DNA of 64,000 nt from Felis catus (Eukaryota): assembly GCF_018350175.1 (NCBI RefSeq), contig NC_058383.1, forward strand, positions 15,998,001 to 16,062,000. The letters run 5' to 3'. Below are positions 1 to 11,295 of the stretch, one piece after another. The notes below the pieces were generated by a model. That model searched no databases. It was given only the letters and a program-made list of their open reading frames with translations, and was not told where the DNA came from. A program made the translations under genes and the position numbers. Within the stretch, counting starts at the first letter, position 1, and the number at the start of each line of letters is the position of its first letter.

Positions 1-821
1 TGTTCATTGCAGGAAATTTCAAAAAAATCAAAAAAGTATGAGAAACAAAATGGAAATTATCTATAACACCAGTAATACTTCACATCTACCTGTATTTCTG
101 CGGATACAATATTTTGATCATACTGTATGTACTTTTGCATCCTACTTTTCTTGTTTTTATATTGTGAGAAAAAAAAAACCTTTAAATCTTGTCAGCTCCT
201 AAAATATATTTTATTTTTACTATTCTGGGGACTCTGTTGGCAGTATGAAGGCCCATTATTAGGTTGCTTGGTTAAGTATAAAATCAGCAAAAAGTAAAAA
301 AAAAAAAAAAGTAATTTTAAGAATCAGGTAACTGTACAATTTTATCTAGACCAGGTTACTGGGGCCATAAGCCCCCTCTCCTTGCATCTTTATGATCCCA
401 CAACACCAACTGGGAGCCCTGAGCCCCTGGTTAGAGGTTTGGGGCTCAGGTGACGGTAGCTGGAGGCCCACGGTCAAGGCTACGGCCGCGGGGTGCACGC
501 CACTAGGCACCGCAGAGACTTCGCCTGGGCTCACGGGCTGTCCGGCTGTTTCCCTGGGTCCCGCTCTGGCCGCAGCCCCGGACCGACCGCCCCGGGCGGG
601 GGAGCAGTCGGACCGGGGAGGACAAGGCGGCGAGGCGGGCGCAGAGCCTGGGACCTCTGCCTTTCAGGACGGGGGCTGGAGGCTCGGGGTCCCTCTCCCC
701 TGAGGGCCTAACCTCGGGCTCCCCGCCGGCCCACCCCCATCCCCGCCGCGGCCCTGTGGCCAGCAGACAGTGGCGTCCCTGCGGCCCCAGAGCTCCTCCG
801 GACCGGGAACTCACCCTCAAC

Positions 822-831
822 CAAAATGGCG
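822..831 (+). promoter_or_regulatory. YY1-type motif (CAAAATGGCG)
   Basis: Matches the AANATGGCG YY1 consensus ~115 nt upstream of the GUSB ATG. Confidence 0.55.
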
Positions 832-848
832 CGGGAGGCCTCAGGTGG

Positions 849-858
849 GGCACGTGAC
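849..858. promoter_or_regulatory. CLEAR-like E-box (TFEB/TFE3/MITF/USF site)
   Basis: GGCACGTGAC; its reverse complement GTCACGTGCC matches 9/10 of the CLEAR consensus GTCACGTGAC, in the promoter of a lysosomal hydrolase. Confidence 0.7.
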
Positions 859-939
859 TTCGCGCGCCGCCCCGTCCGCCTCCAGCGCCGCTCCGAGCCC
901 AGCGGTAAGCGGCTGGCTGTGAGCTGCCACGAGCGAAGC

Positions 940-1149
940 ATGCTCCGGGGGCCGGCGGCGGTCTGGGCGGCGCTCGGCCCGCTGCTTTGGGCCTGCGGGC
1001 TGGCGCTGCGGGGCGGGATGCTCTACCCCCGGGAGAGCCCGTCGCGGGAGCGCAAGGAGCTGAACGGCCTCTGGAGCTTCCGCGCCGACTTCTCCGAGAA
1101 CCGGCGCCAGGGCTTCGAGCAGCAGTGGTACCGGACCCCGCTGCGCGAG
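940..1149 (+). CDS. GUSB: beta-glucuronidase exon 1 (coding part)
   Basis: AGCATGC start; [37 protein letters not shown]...TPLRE; donor GAG|GTGCGG. Confidence 0.95.
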
Positions 1150-2544
1150 GTGCGGACCCAGCGGGGGAGGTGGGCAGGGAGTCTTCCTCTGAGGTCTCGG
1201 AGCTGTCGGCCAGGAGGAGGTTAAAGCTGGACGGCTTTGGAGGCGTGGGATCAGACGACGGGGAGAGGGACTGCGAGGGAGGAAACGGGTGGAGGGCCGG
1301 CCCGGACGTCCGGGGGGCGGCGGGACAGGCCTCTGCTCCAGCCCGGTTCGGTAAGACTGGCTGAGCCGGACAGGCTCGCGGCGCTGGCACTGAGCTCGGG
1401 GGCGGGAGGACAGGAGGTGTAGGCGTCTTGGCACCAGCCCTGCTCTGGCGCGAAGGACCTGGGGTTCTGAGGTTCAGAGAGAGGACGGGGCTTGGCACCC
1501 ACCCGGCCAAGGACTCCTCCCGGGCTCTCCCCTCTGACTTGGGTGGTGTCGGCGGGAAGTGGTGCTGGGCCTGTGTGCCCACTGGCCCTCTCTTCTCTCC
1601 TAGATCCTCTTTTGTCAGTCTTTGCCATCCGTTCCTCAGGGGAGGAAGAACTGGGTGCGGGGCTTGTGCCCCACTCACAGTTTCCTCAGCAGAGCAGCCC
1701 CTGCCCCCACCAGCTTCCTCCCCGGGGCAGTCGGTTGTCTTCCTCTTAGGGTCTGGTCTGAAGGGATCCTCTCGCCTCTGCCTGGGTTGTGGGCTGGGCT
1801 CGCCCTTGTCCACAGACTGCCCTGAGAAGGAGCTGGCTGCCCCCCAGCCCCAGACACAAACCATGCTAGCAGGAGGATCTCTTACCAAGTTATGCATCCA
1901 TTCAGCCAACGTTTTTTGAGTCTCTTACATGCAGGGCTGTGCCAGACCCTGGGATACAGCTGTGAGGGACAGAGGAAATCCCACAGACAGGACGTCAGGA
2001 AGGTCTTCCCCAGGCTGCTTCCAGGCTCACCGAGCTGTCCTGCTGGTGCCTAGCCTTCTACTGGAGATGTTCAGGGGATGCCCTGTCAGGCTCAGGCTCA
2101 CCCAGTTCTGCCAGGTTGTCAGAAGGCAGTATCCCATGGGCCCCCAAAGGCCTTCCCTGACCATCCCTGCCACCCTCCACACTCTCTTCATAGAGCCGAT
2201 CACCTGACAGCGGAAGCCTTGCTCACGGTTTCATTCCTAGCACCCGGAACAGCATTGTAGGTATTCACTGCACACCGTTGATCGAGTGACTGAGTGACCG
2301 CTGTCTGCTTCGTGGAGTTGTGCGAATTAAATGAGCTCCATAAACGGCATCAGTCAGTTGCTGGCAAAGAATAAGAATGGTGGGGTGGCCTGGAATCCCG
2401 GGGCTGAGGGGAAGTCATCTTACCCAGCCTTCTTCCTGCAGGCCAGGTGGCTGGGGAACATGGCCCCTGGGGAAGGGGGTTGCCTGGGTCCTGGTCCTCC
2501 ATTCCTAGGTGGTCCGGACCTGATCCCAGCCCTTCTTTCCACAG

Positions 2545-2730
2545 TCGGGCCCCACCCTGGACATGCCGGTTCCCTCCAGCTTCAATGACGTGGGCCAGGA
2601 TAGGCAGCTGCGAAGCTTTGTCGGCTGGGTGTGGTACGAGCGGGAGGCGACCCTGCCCCAGCGATGGACTCAGGACCTGGGCACCAGAGTGGTGCTGAGG
2701 ATTGGCAGCGCCCACTACTATGCCATTGTG
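2545..2730 (+). CDS. GUSB: beta-glucuronidase exon 2
   Basis: [25 protein letters not shown]...[15 protein letters not shown]. Confidence 0.96.
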
Positions 2731-3062
2731 GTGAGTACAACAAGCATCGGGCAGGGCGAGTGGTCATGTGCAGTTGCTGAGCAGCCTGGGGCTGCCTTGG
2801 GGTGTGTGGTTCCCAGGGGTCACCTGACAGCCTGCCTCCTGGGGTGGACTGGGGGGCGTACACCCATGTCCCACACTGGGGTTGGTGCCCTGGGTCGGGG
2901 GAAGGTTGCCTGATCTGTTCAGCTAGAGCTTCATTCCTCCATTCCTGAGGCAGGGCGTGGCTGGCGGGGCCCTGAGCCCCCACATACGACACTTCTGTGT
3001 GAGGGAGTGCCTGCGATGGCCGCCCTGACTTGCTGTTCCTCCCCGTATCTCTCTGTCTGCAG

Positions 3063-3244
3063 TGGGTGAATGGGGTCCACGTGGCAGAGCATGAGGGGGG
3101 CCATCTCCCCTTCGAGGCTGACATCAGCAAGCTGGTACAGAGTGGGCCCCTGGCCTCTTGCCGCATTACCATTGCCATCAACAACACGCTCACCCCCCAC
3201 ACTCTGCCGCCAGGGACCATCCTCTACCAGACGGATACCTCCAA
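3063..3244 (+). CDS. GUSB: beta-glucuronidase exon 3
   Basis: [26 protein letters not shown]...QTDTS(K) |GTGAGC. Confidence 0.96.
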
Positions 3245-3424
3245 GTGAGCGGCACCCTGCTCCCCCCTCCACCCCACTCCCCACCCTGCCGACTGGTCTT
3301 CCCACTAGGGGCAGGGTGGCCCTAGCAGACGTGAGGCCCTGGCTCTGGGAGGCCAGGGAGACATGTGAGCTGAGGTCAGAGTATCAGAGCAAGGTCCAAG
3401 TTGGCCATTGTTCTCCCATCCTAG

Positions 3425-3567
3425 GTACCCCAAGGGTTACTTTGTCCAGAACATAAACTTTGACTTCTTCAACTACGCGGGGCTGCATCGGCCCGTGCTC
3501 CTCTATACCACACCTACCACCTACATCGATGACATCACCATCAGCACCAGCGTGAACCAAGACACTG
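3425..3567 (+). CDS. GUSB: beta-glucuronidase exon 4
   Basis: [29 protein letters not shown]...NQDT |GTAAGG. Confidence 0.96.
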
Positions 3568-4019
3568 GTAAGGGCTCCCTGCAGGAACTTCCCTCAGCCA
3601 GGCCCCAAGTGGCTCTGCTCCCTGTTTGGAAAGATGCTCCAGGAGAAAGCCTCTGCCGGCATCTCTTCCCCCTCGAGGTTCCCATCCGCCCAAAAAGAGC
3701 TGAAATCCAGCCTGTCTGAACTGGCACGGGCAGCAGAAATCATTCATCTGGTCTGACCTCCTTTTGTGAGGGAACGAAGCCCAAGGAGAAGTGGGGCTCG
3801 TGTAAAATCATAGCTCAGGGTGAATCGCTTAGGATTCATGAGAATCTGTGTCCCTTCCCACTGTGCTGCCCTCACCTCATCTCCCCTCACTGCAGGTTGG
3901 GCTCCAGAAATAAACGGTTGTTGGCTGAGGACTCCTCAGAGTGGTGGCTGCAGGAGGCTCTCTGTGTGACCCAGATCGTGTCCCTCCCTTTTTGGTCTGA
4001 TCTTCCTTGTCTCTTGCAG

Positions 4020-4207
4020 GGCTGGTGGATTACCAGATTTTTGTTGAAGGCGGTGAACACTTTCAACTGGAAGTGCGTCTTCTGGATGAGGAAGGCAAAG
4101 TCGTGGCCCAGGGGACAGGGGGTCGGGGCCAGCTGCAGGTGCCCAATGCCCACCTCTGGTGGCCATACCTGATGCATGAGCACCCTGCCTACCTGTACTC
4201 ATTGGAG
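4020..4207 (+). CDS. GUSB: beta-glucuronidase exon 5
   Basis: [18 protein letters not shown]...[24 protein letters not shown]. Confidence 0.96.
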
Positions 4208-4528
4208 GTAACGAGGTCTTTTGCCCCCACCCAGCAGCCTTGGCTTCCAAGGGGGTACAGGACAGGTAGTCAGGTACACGTGGTCCTCTGAGCTTCCGGT
4301 CTGATTTTCTCACCGCTTGGTAGGGAGGCCCAGTTTTGAAGAGCAGGCACCAGGGGCAGGGTGAATGTTCCTCCTTGTTAATGGCAGAAGCTGGGAATTT
4401 CTGCATCTCTCTGCGTGCAGCCCCAGACGTTGGCCGTTGTGGTTCACGAGGGGCCTTCCCGCTGGAGGGTGGGCTGTGCGGGGCTCAGGCCAGCACGGAT
4501 GCCTCACACCGGTGCTCGGCTTTCACAG

Positions 4529-4681
4529 GTGAGGTTGACCGCGCAGACGGCAGCTGGGTCTGTGTCTGACTTCTACACTCTCCCCGTGGGGATTCGCACG
4601 GTGGCTGTCACAGAGCACCAGTTCCTCATCAATGGGAAACCTTTCTATTTCCACGGGGTCAACAAGCACGAGGATGCAGAT
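4529..4681 (+). CDS. GUSB: beta-glucuronidase exon 6
   Basis: TTTCACAG| VRLTAQ...[19 protein letters not shown]. Confidence 0.96.
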
Positions 4682-4931
4682 GTGAGTCGTGGCTTCTGGG
4701 TTCCTGTGACAGTTGTTGCTCACCACTGCCTTCCGCGTGACCCCTGAAGCAGTTGAGGGTGACTCAGAGCAGTGAAGCAAACTGCGTGAAACAGTTGCCG
4801 GATGGGGCCTGATGGGGCCTGTCCTTATGCCAGATTGAGGGCTAATGGGATGACCCTTCCGGGGCCTGGCTCCAGACGGAAGCGCATCTGGGACAGGGGA
4901 GGGAGGATCACTCGACTGTGCTCTCCCCTAG

Positions 4932-5111
<180 letters not shown>

Positions 5112-5188
5112 TGAGTGCCCGCCGCCCTCCCTGCTCAGCCGGCCGGGGGCGCAGGCGCTGACGGCTCCTTTTCCTCCCTCTGCCACAG

Positions 5189-5335
5189 CGAGAGCTACAG
5201 CAACGTGTCTCTGCAGCACCACCTGGAGGTGATGGAGGAGCTGGTGCGCAGGGACAAGAATCACCCGGCTGTTGTGATGTGGTCTGTGGCCAATGAGCCC
5301 GCTTCCTTCCTGAAACCTGCCGGTTACTACTTCAA
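5189..5335 (+). CDS. GUSB: beta-glucuronidase exon 8
   Basis: [19 protein letters not shown]...[15 protein letters not shown]...GYYF |GTGAGT; contains the acid/base Glu. Confidence 0.96.
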
Positions 5336-5593
5336 GTGAGTGCTCCCTCTGCCCTGGGTGGGGTCAGGGGTGAGACCTCAGCCCTTTGGTCTGGGTCAGC
5401 CTTGGGTAGCAGCGCTGAGGTTGGCTCTGGGGCAGGCATGTGCTATGAGAGGCAGCGTCCACTCCCAGCCCAGGTGGGGGTGCCTCCGTACATGGTCACT
5501 GCAGGGCACCAAGTACACACCCACCACTTGTGATTTCAACCCACTGAGCCCGGTGTCCCTTTGTCACATCTGAAATGAAATCTAGGGTTAACT

Positions 5594-5799
5594 TTTTTCT
5601 TTTTTTAAGTTTATTTATTTTAAGAGAGCACGTGCAAGTGGGGTGGGACGGAGAGAGGGAGAGAGAGAGAATCCCAAGCAAGCTCTGCACTGTCACCACG
5701 GAGCCTGACAGGGGGCTTGAACTCACAAACCATGAGATCATGACCTGAGCTGACACCAAGAGTCACATGCTTAACCGACTGAGCCACCCTGGGCACCCC
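5594..5799 (-). mobile_element. Can-SINE (SINEC_Fc-type), GUSB intron 8
   Basis: tRNA-derived head, (CT)n and A-tail in reverse; TSD GTTAACTT. Confidence 0.9.
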
Positions 5800-6059
5800 T
5801 GGAGTTAACTTCTGCATAGAGTGACTTAGAGACATAACTTCAGGTTATGAAAAGAACAGTGGCCTGGCCCAACTATGATATAGAGGAGGGTCATTTATAT
5901 AATTACACGTGAGTGCATGAGCCAACTCCCCAGAAGAGCCAGTGAAGGGGTCAGACGCTTGCACTTAGATGTGGAACCACCTGAGAACGCAGCTATAGAT
6001 GCTGACAGTGGGGGCATCGTTTTGGTGACTGATGCCACCGGTGGTGTTTCCTTCACTGC

Positions 6060-6440
6060 TGTGCATTTATGAAGTGGTGACTCACTCTAGGTAAAGTTCC
6101 AAGCCAAACCAAGTATAGTCTTCTCTCAATTTTTATGTTATCTCCATTCCTGGGAAATTTAGTGCATGTTACACCTGCAAAAACCACTTGGTGATGCTTT
6201 GGGTTCATCTCTGTAAAGTGGCTTTATGAAACTGGATTATGTAGGCACATGATTATAAACAGGTTTTTCAATGACATGCACGTTCTGACTGTTTTAAGTC
6301 ACATTATTAGACAGGATCAGCCCATCTTTTGTTCACAGTCCCATTCACTAAATGCCAGTAGGCTTCCGCCACCCTGGCATTGCAGTGGACAGAAACCACA
6401 CCTACGGGTGATTTCCAGCGGTGGGAGGGTCTACTACCTC
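6060..6440 (+). mobile_element. MER20B-like hAT-Charlie fossil
   Basis: Recalled motifs ATTATAAACAGGTTTTTCA and CACTAAATGCCAGTAG. Confidence 0.5.
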
Positions 6441-7691
6441 AGGGTGGGGGTGGTCCTTGGTTCCTTGTCTTACAATCATGCAGTTGTAACTTGGCCCACA
6501 GAGGGGGATCACTTCACTTGGCTATAGAGGCAGCAGAGGCCATTCAGTGTCATAGAGTGCTGTGAGCTGAGCCGTGCGTACAAGATGCGGGGCTCTGAGC
6601 AGCAGGCCCACTGGGCAAAGCTCTGAATGTGCAGCCTGGTGCCTTGGGGCACAGGCCTGTGTGAGCCAGGGCTGGGGAGACAGAAGTTTGTTGTGGGGCA
6701 GAAAGCGCAGGTGTCTGAGAATGGGTGCCTGCAAGCTTTTCTGGGAGGTGGAGAGAAGGTGATGCATGATCGTTGGTGCAGTAGGGAGGTGGTCAGGGAA
6801 TGGCTGGAGCTGCCTGGGCATCAGGAGCTCAGCGAGGCTTCAAAGCTTCCCGGAGGCACACAGGTTGTTTCAGAGTGTGGCTCTGGGACTCGAGGTGAAG
6901 GGTGCTGTTCTGGCTTGAGGAACCGCAGCCCTCGTATGAGGAGAGCAGGGTGGGAAGAGTGTCATGGAGAAGGAAGCCAGCTGTGGGGACGGGGAGCAGA
7001 GGAGCAAGCTTGACCAGTGAACGGAGTGACCTGTGCTGAGGTGGCGTGTGACGGGTCCCCAGGCTGGGCCCCGAGCGCAGACTGGGCCCTCTGTTGGGAG
7101 CCTCTTTCCGCAGCTCCTCCTTGGTGAATGACATGAAATGCTGTTTCTTCTGAGTATGGGGGTGACTCTCCAGTGTCAGTTAAGTGCCCTGCTGTTGTCT
7201 CCCAGAGCCCTGTACCTCCCACTTGTAATGGCAGCATAGCGTTTCCCCGTGCAAATGTCTGGTCCCACTGCTCCTGTTCCAGTCTCCAGTGAGTGCCCAG
7301 TGCACACACAGCCCGCCTCCTCACACACATCCTCTACTCGTTAAATTAACGTCCACATTGGTCCACGCCCCACCCGTTCCCTGTTTTCAAGAGGTTTTTC
7401 CGAGATTCCGGCAGCACCCAGCCCAGCCCAGCCCAAGGACCCCACTGTGAGGGTGGCCTTCCCTCTGTGGGGGTGGGATTTGGGGAGCGAGAAGGAAAGA
7501 GGCCAAGGAACGTGATCTAAGGCTAGAAGACCGTGTTTGCCTACCGAAAGGAGTCTTCAAGGTCGGGAGGGAGGAAGGGTTTTGTCTTTACTTTTTGGCT
7601 GTGAGGGTGGAGAGAGAGAGAGAGAGAAAGACGGCTGTATGAGGGCCCTTCCCAGACTGATAAGCCTGTGTCTTCTGCCCTCTGTGGACAG

Positions 7692-7776
7692 GACGCTGAT
7701 TGCTCACACCAAAGCCTTGGATCCCTCCCGGCCCGTGACCTTTGTGACCAACTCCAACTATGAAGCAGACCTGGGG
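7692..7776 (+). CDS. GUSB: beta-glucuronidase exon 9
   Basis: [40 protein letters not shown]. Confidence 0.95.
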
Positions 7777-8076
7777 GTGAGCCTGGGGGTCTCTGTGCCA
7801 CTTCTCTTCCCTGCCTGTCTCTCGCCTTGCTGTGATCCTTGCTAACACAGGCTGCTGGGAGGAGCCCTGAGCAGCCGGTCCAGACGCGTCCCTGGATGGT
7901 CTTCAGGTTAAAGATAACTAGCTGCTTGTTTGCCCAGCAGTATGGCTTCTCAGTCCAAGGAGGCTGGCACAGGGAGGTTTCGTGCGTTCTCAGGTCAGAG
8001 TCAGGGTTTGATGCTCCGTGGTTTAGTATGCTTTTAAAGTGGCACAGGTTTAAGGGAGCTTAAAGTTGTCACTGTC

Positions 8077-8205
8077 CAGTGTTTCTCAAACCCAGCTGGT
8101 TGTCAGAACCACTCAGAGAAGCTCTTTGAAAGTACAGATGCCTAGATGCTGATCTAATAAGTCCAGGCTGGCGATCTGAGTTTTTAAAAAAGGAACCCCT
8201 GACTG
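8077..8205. mobile_element. MER5-like hAT-Charlie fragment
   Basis: Starts with the Charlie TIR CAGTGTTTCTCAAAC. Confidence 0.55.
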
Positions 8206-9369
8206 GAATCGAAGGGTCAGACAGGCTCACTTGGCTGGCTGGACCACACGCATCCCTCCCCACCCCCTGGCGCAGCAGCCCCTCGGAAACTATGTGCAGG
8301 GTTACACTGAGGCTGTACCTAGAACATGGCAGCAAGAGAATGTGTCTTCACCAGAGAACTGAAGGCCAGTCCTTAAAAGGAAGACACTACAGAAAGAGAA
8401 AACATCTGCAGAAAGAATGGAGGAGAGAACGCAATGTACAAAATGAACTGGGAACACTCCTTTTAACATGAGCGTCCAAAGGCTCGTAGCCCTGGTGTTT
8501 CCCTTGCCATCTTTTGAGAACAGCCCCTTCAAAGAAGCATAAAGACTGTGCCCAAACACCAGCATGGCACAGGCAGGCACGGATGTCCTCAGAGCCCAAG
8601 TGGCATATCCTCGTTCTCGTCTTCTGTGTGGATGGGGCAGCCAGTGCCTGGGCCACAGAGGGTTGCCAGGCTCACCTGGTGGGATGTGTGATCCGTGTGC
8701 AAGTGTCCACCCGCGGGCACTTCCCCAGCTCCCTCTTTCTGCCCGCTGCTTTCAGCCACAGTTTGGAAAGGGGCTCGGTCGCTTGGGAAGGTCGGACCAC
8801 ATCAGCCCCAGTACAGGCTTTCGAGACTGGCTTGTGTTCTGGTGATGGGAGAGGCCGGACACTTAGCTGGCCTAGCCCTTGTCACTCAGTCCTGAGCACT
8901 GCACTGTGTAGACATGAGGGGTCCCGCCCATCATTGCCGCTGCCCTCCTAGGAGGGAAGTTTTCGGCCACTCTGTGGCCCCAGCACCAGCTCACGAACGA
9001 CATGGTTCACCAAGACCTTTGTGGGGAAAAAAACCAGCTCTGTCCTTCAGTTGGGAACATTTCCCAGGTAAGGGAAGCCCAGTGACAGGAGCGCCACCGC
9101 CCCAGGCTGGCACCGCAGCCGGCTCATGGGGCGTCTGCTCTACCACTCAGTCTCTCCAGAGCCTAGCTACATCCAGGTCAAGAGCGTCAGCCCAGGATTA
9201 TAGACTTGCCTTATTCAGGTCACTTCTATGTCTGCTACACGTGGGAGCACCTAGATCATTTTCTGCAGCCCCCTGTTGCCTCCTGTGCCGGAAGAGCCCC
9301 CTGAGTTTGTGAGCCCTAATGCTCTTACAGTCTTTTGGTTCGTGAACAAGTTTAATGCTCTCATCCTAG

Positions 9370-9546
9370 GCGCCGTATGTGGACGTCATCTGTGTGAATA
9401 GTTACTACTCTTGGTATCATGACTATGGTCACATGGAGGTGATTCAGCTGCAGCTGGCAACCCAGTTTGAGAACTGGTATAGGACCTATCAGAAACCAAT
9501 AATCCAGAGCGAGTACGGAGCAGACACCATTGCAGGGTTTCACCAG
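9370..9546 (+). CDS. GUSB: beta-glucuronidase exon 10
   Basis: [28 protein letters not shown]...[21 protein letters not shown]; contains the nucleophile Glu. Confidence 0.96.
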
Positions 9547-9889
9547 GTAAGTGGTGTAGAACATCGTTTATTTTTTCACTCTCGGACATTTCCCCAAGCT
9601 GGAAATGTGCTCCTCTCCCACCCGTCACTTGTCCTGATGATCTCCATGCAGTGCTGGCTCACACCAGCCTGTCCTCCACACTCGCGGCTGCCGGACTCGG
9701 GCCTCCGCCTCGCTTGCTTGGTCCTCCTTACTGGCCTTGTTTCCAAAGAGCCTCCCCTAGCTGCCCGAGTGGTCTCCTGAACAAATCCGAATCTTGGGAG
9801 CCTTGTCATTGGCTTCCCCTGACCCCCACGCTAAAGCCCCAGTCCCTGGCCGGGGCAGTCAACGTCCTTTGCTCTCTGCCCTCTCCCAG

Positions 9890-10278
9890 GTCGTCCTCCT
9901 CTGCTTTCACTCCTGGGCTGTTTTCACTGTGCTTGTTGGCTCCTGCTCTGGTGTGGGCTGTTCCGTCTGCCTGGAATGCCCACGTTAGCACCACGTTCAC
10001 TGACTACGGGATTCTTACTCTGTTCGCATCTCAGCTCAGACGTCCCTCTTTGGTGAGGTTTACCCCGCCTGCCCTAGGCAGAGGAAACTGCTCCTTCTGC
10101 CTGGTCTTTGTGTCAGCGTTTCTCACTGGGTGCCATCATTATCTCTTTGGCCCCCTCCCTGACCAGACTGTGGGCTCCAAGAGAGAGACTGAATCCTATG
10201 TATCAGTGCTTCCCAAGCCCTCAGCAGTGTCCGGCCCTCAGTGGGTGCTAAATAATAATTGTTAAGGAAATGAATGAA
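9890..10278 (+). mobile_element. L2 3' end fragment
   Basis: Ends GTGCTAAATAATAATTGTTAAGGAAATGAATGAA, typical of the L2 terminus. Confidence 0.55.
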
Positions 10279-10292
10279 AACTTGGAGCAAGG

Positions 10293-10485
10293 TTTTTTTT
10301 TTTTTTTTTTTTTTTTTCTGTTTATTTTTTATTTTTGAGAGAGAGAGAGAGAAAAGGGAAAGGATCTGAAGCAGGCTCTGCACTGACAGCAGAGAGCCTG
10401 ATGTGGGACTTGAACTCACGAACTATGAGATCATGACCTGAGCTGAAGTCAGACGCTCGGCCAACTGAGCCACCCAGGCGTCCCC
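10293..10485 (-). mobile_element. Can-SINE, GUSB intron 10
   Basis: Poly-T, (GA)n, ...CTGAGCCACCCAGGCGTCCCC. Confidence 0.9.
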
Positions 10486-10505
10486 GAGGAAGATTTAATC
10501 ACTAG

Positions 10506-10510
<5 letters not shown>

Positions 10511-10546
<36 letters not shown>
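10511..10546. repeat. (CT)n microsatellite
   Basis: ~18 CT units. Confidence 0.9.
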
Positions 10547-10551
<5 letters not shown>

Positions 10552-10690
10552 ATTCATTTCCTTCCCAAAGATATGATGCTTTATCTTGGGGATTTTTTTC
10601 ATGTGGGTTCTTGAAGCACAGCCAGCCCCTCATCCCTACCCAGCTTCCTTACACTCAACTGTCACAAGTACCACATTCCTTGTTGACACA

Positions 10691-10915
10691 TTTTTTTAAA
10701 AATTTTTTTGTAATGTTTATTTTTGAGAGAGAGACAGAGACAGAGTGTGAGTCGGGGAGGGACAGAGAGAGAGAGAGAGAGGAAGACACAGACTCTGAAG
10801 CAGGCTCCAGGCTCCGAGCTGTTAGCACAGAGCCCAACACAGGGCTCGAACCCATAAACCATGAGATCATGACCTGAGCTGAAGTTGGACGCTTAACTGA
10901 GCCACCCAGGTACCC
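10691..10915 (-). mobile_element. Can-SINE, GUSB intron 10
   Basis: Full-length reverse SINE; TSD GACACA... Confidence 0.9.
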
Positions 10916-11140
10916 GACACACCTTTCTTAATATGCTTATCCTTGGTGTGTTGAACAACTACCTCTATGTGCTATATTATTCTGTTCATACCCTTAAATT
11001 CATCTTGCTTACACAGAATGCCACTTTACAAACTGGTAAAGTAAGGGAAAATAGCTTATGAAGACAGTGTATATGTACATCAGTTCTCCGTTTTTGAAAA
11101 GGTAACCAACTCTGAATGTTTAAGAAACTCAGTCTAGATC

Positions 11141-11295
11141 TAGTGCTGATAGGACCCTTTGCAGTGATGGAATGTTTCTGCATTGTCCAAGAGGGTAGCC
11201 ACCAGCCACATGTGACTCTTGAGGACTTGAAATATGACTAGTTATGACTGAGTTGACTTAGTTTAATTCGGTTTTAAGAATTAGACAATGCGGTT
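11141..11295. mobile_element. MER3-like hAT-Charlie MITE
   Basis: GTAGCCACCAGCCACATGTGACTCTTGAGGACTTGAAATATG core; flanked by a TCTAGA-type target. Confidence 0.65.

Larger units (their letters stand above)
470..1450. promoter_or_regulatory. CpG island / TATA-less promoter of GUSB
   Basis: Very GC- and CpG-rich around exon 1. GC boxes CCGCCC at 587-592, GGGCGG at 594-599 and CCGCCC at 867-872. No TATA box seen. Confidence 0.85.

Noticed and set aside
503..1909. 468-aa antisense ORF over the GUSB promoter and exon 1
   Set aside because: Pro/Ala/Arg/Gly/Ser-rich with no recognisable domain. Long stop-free frames are expected in a CpG island and opposite a coding exon.
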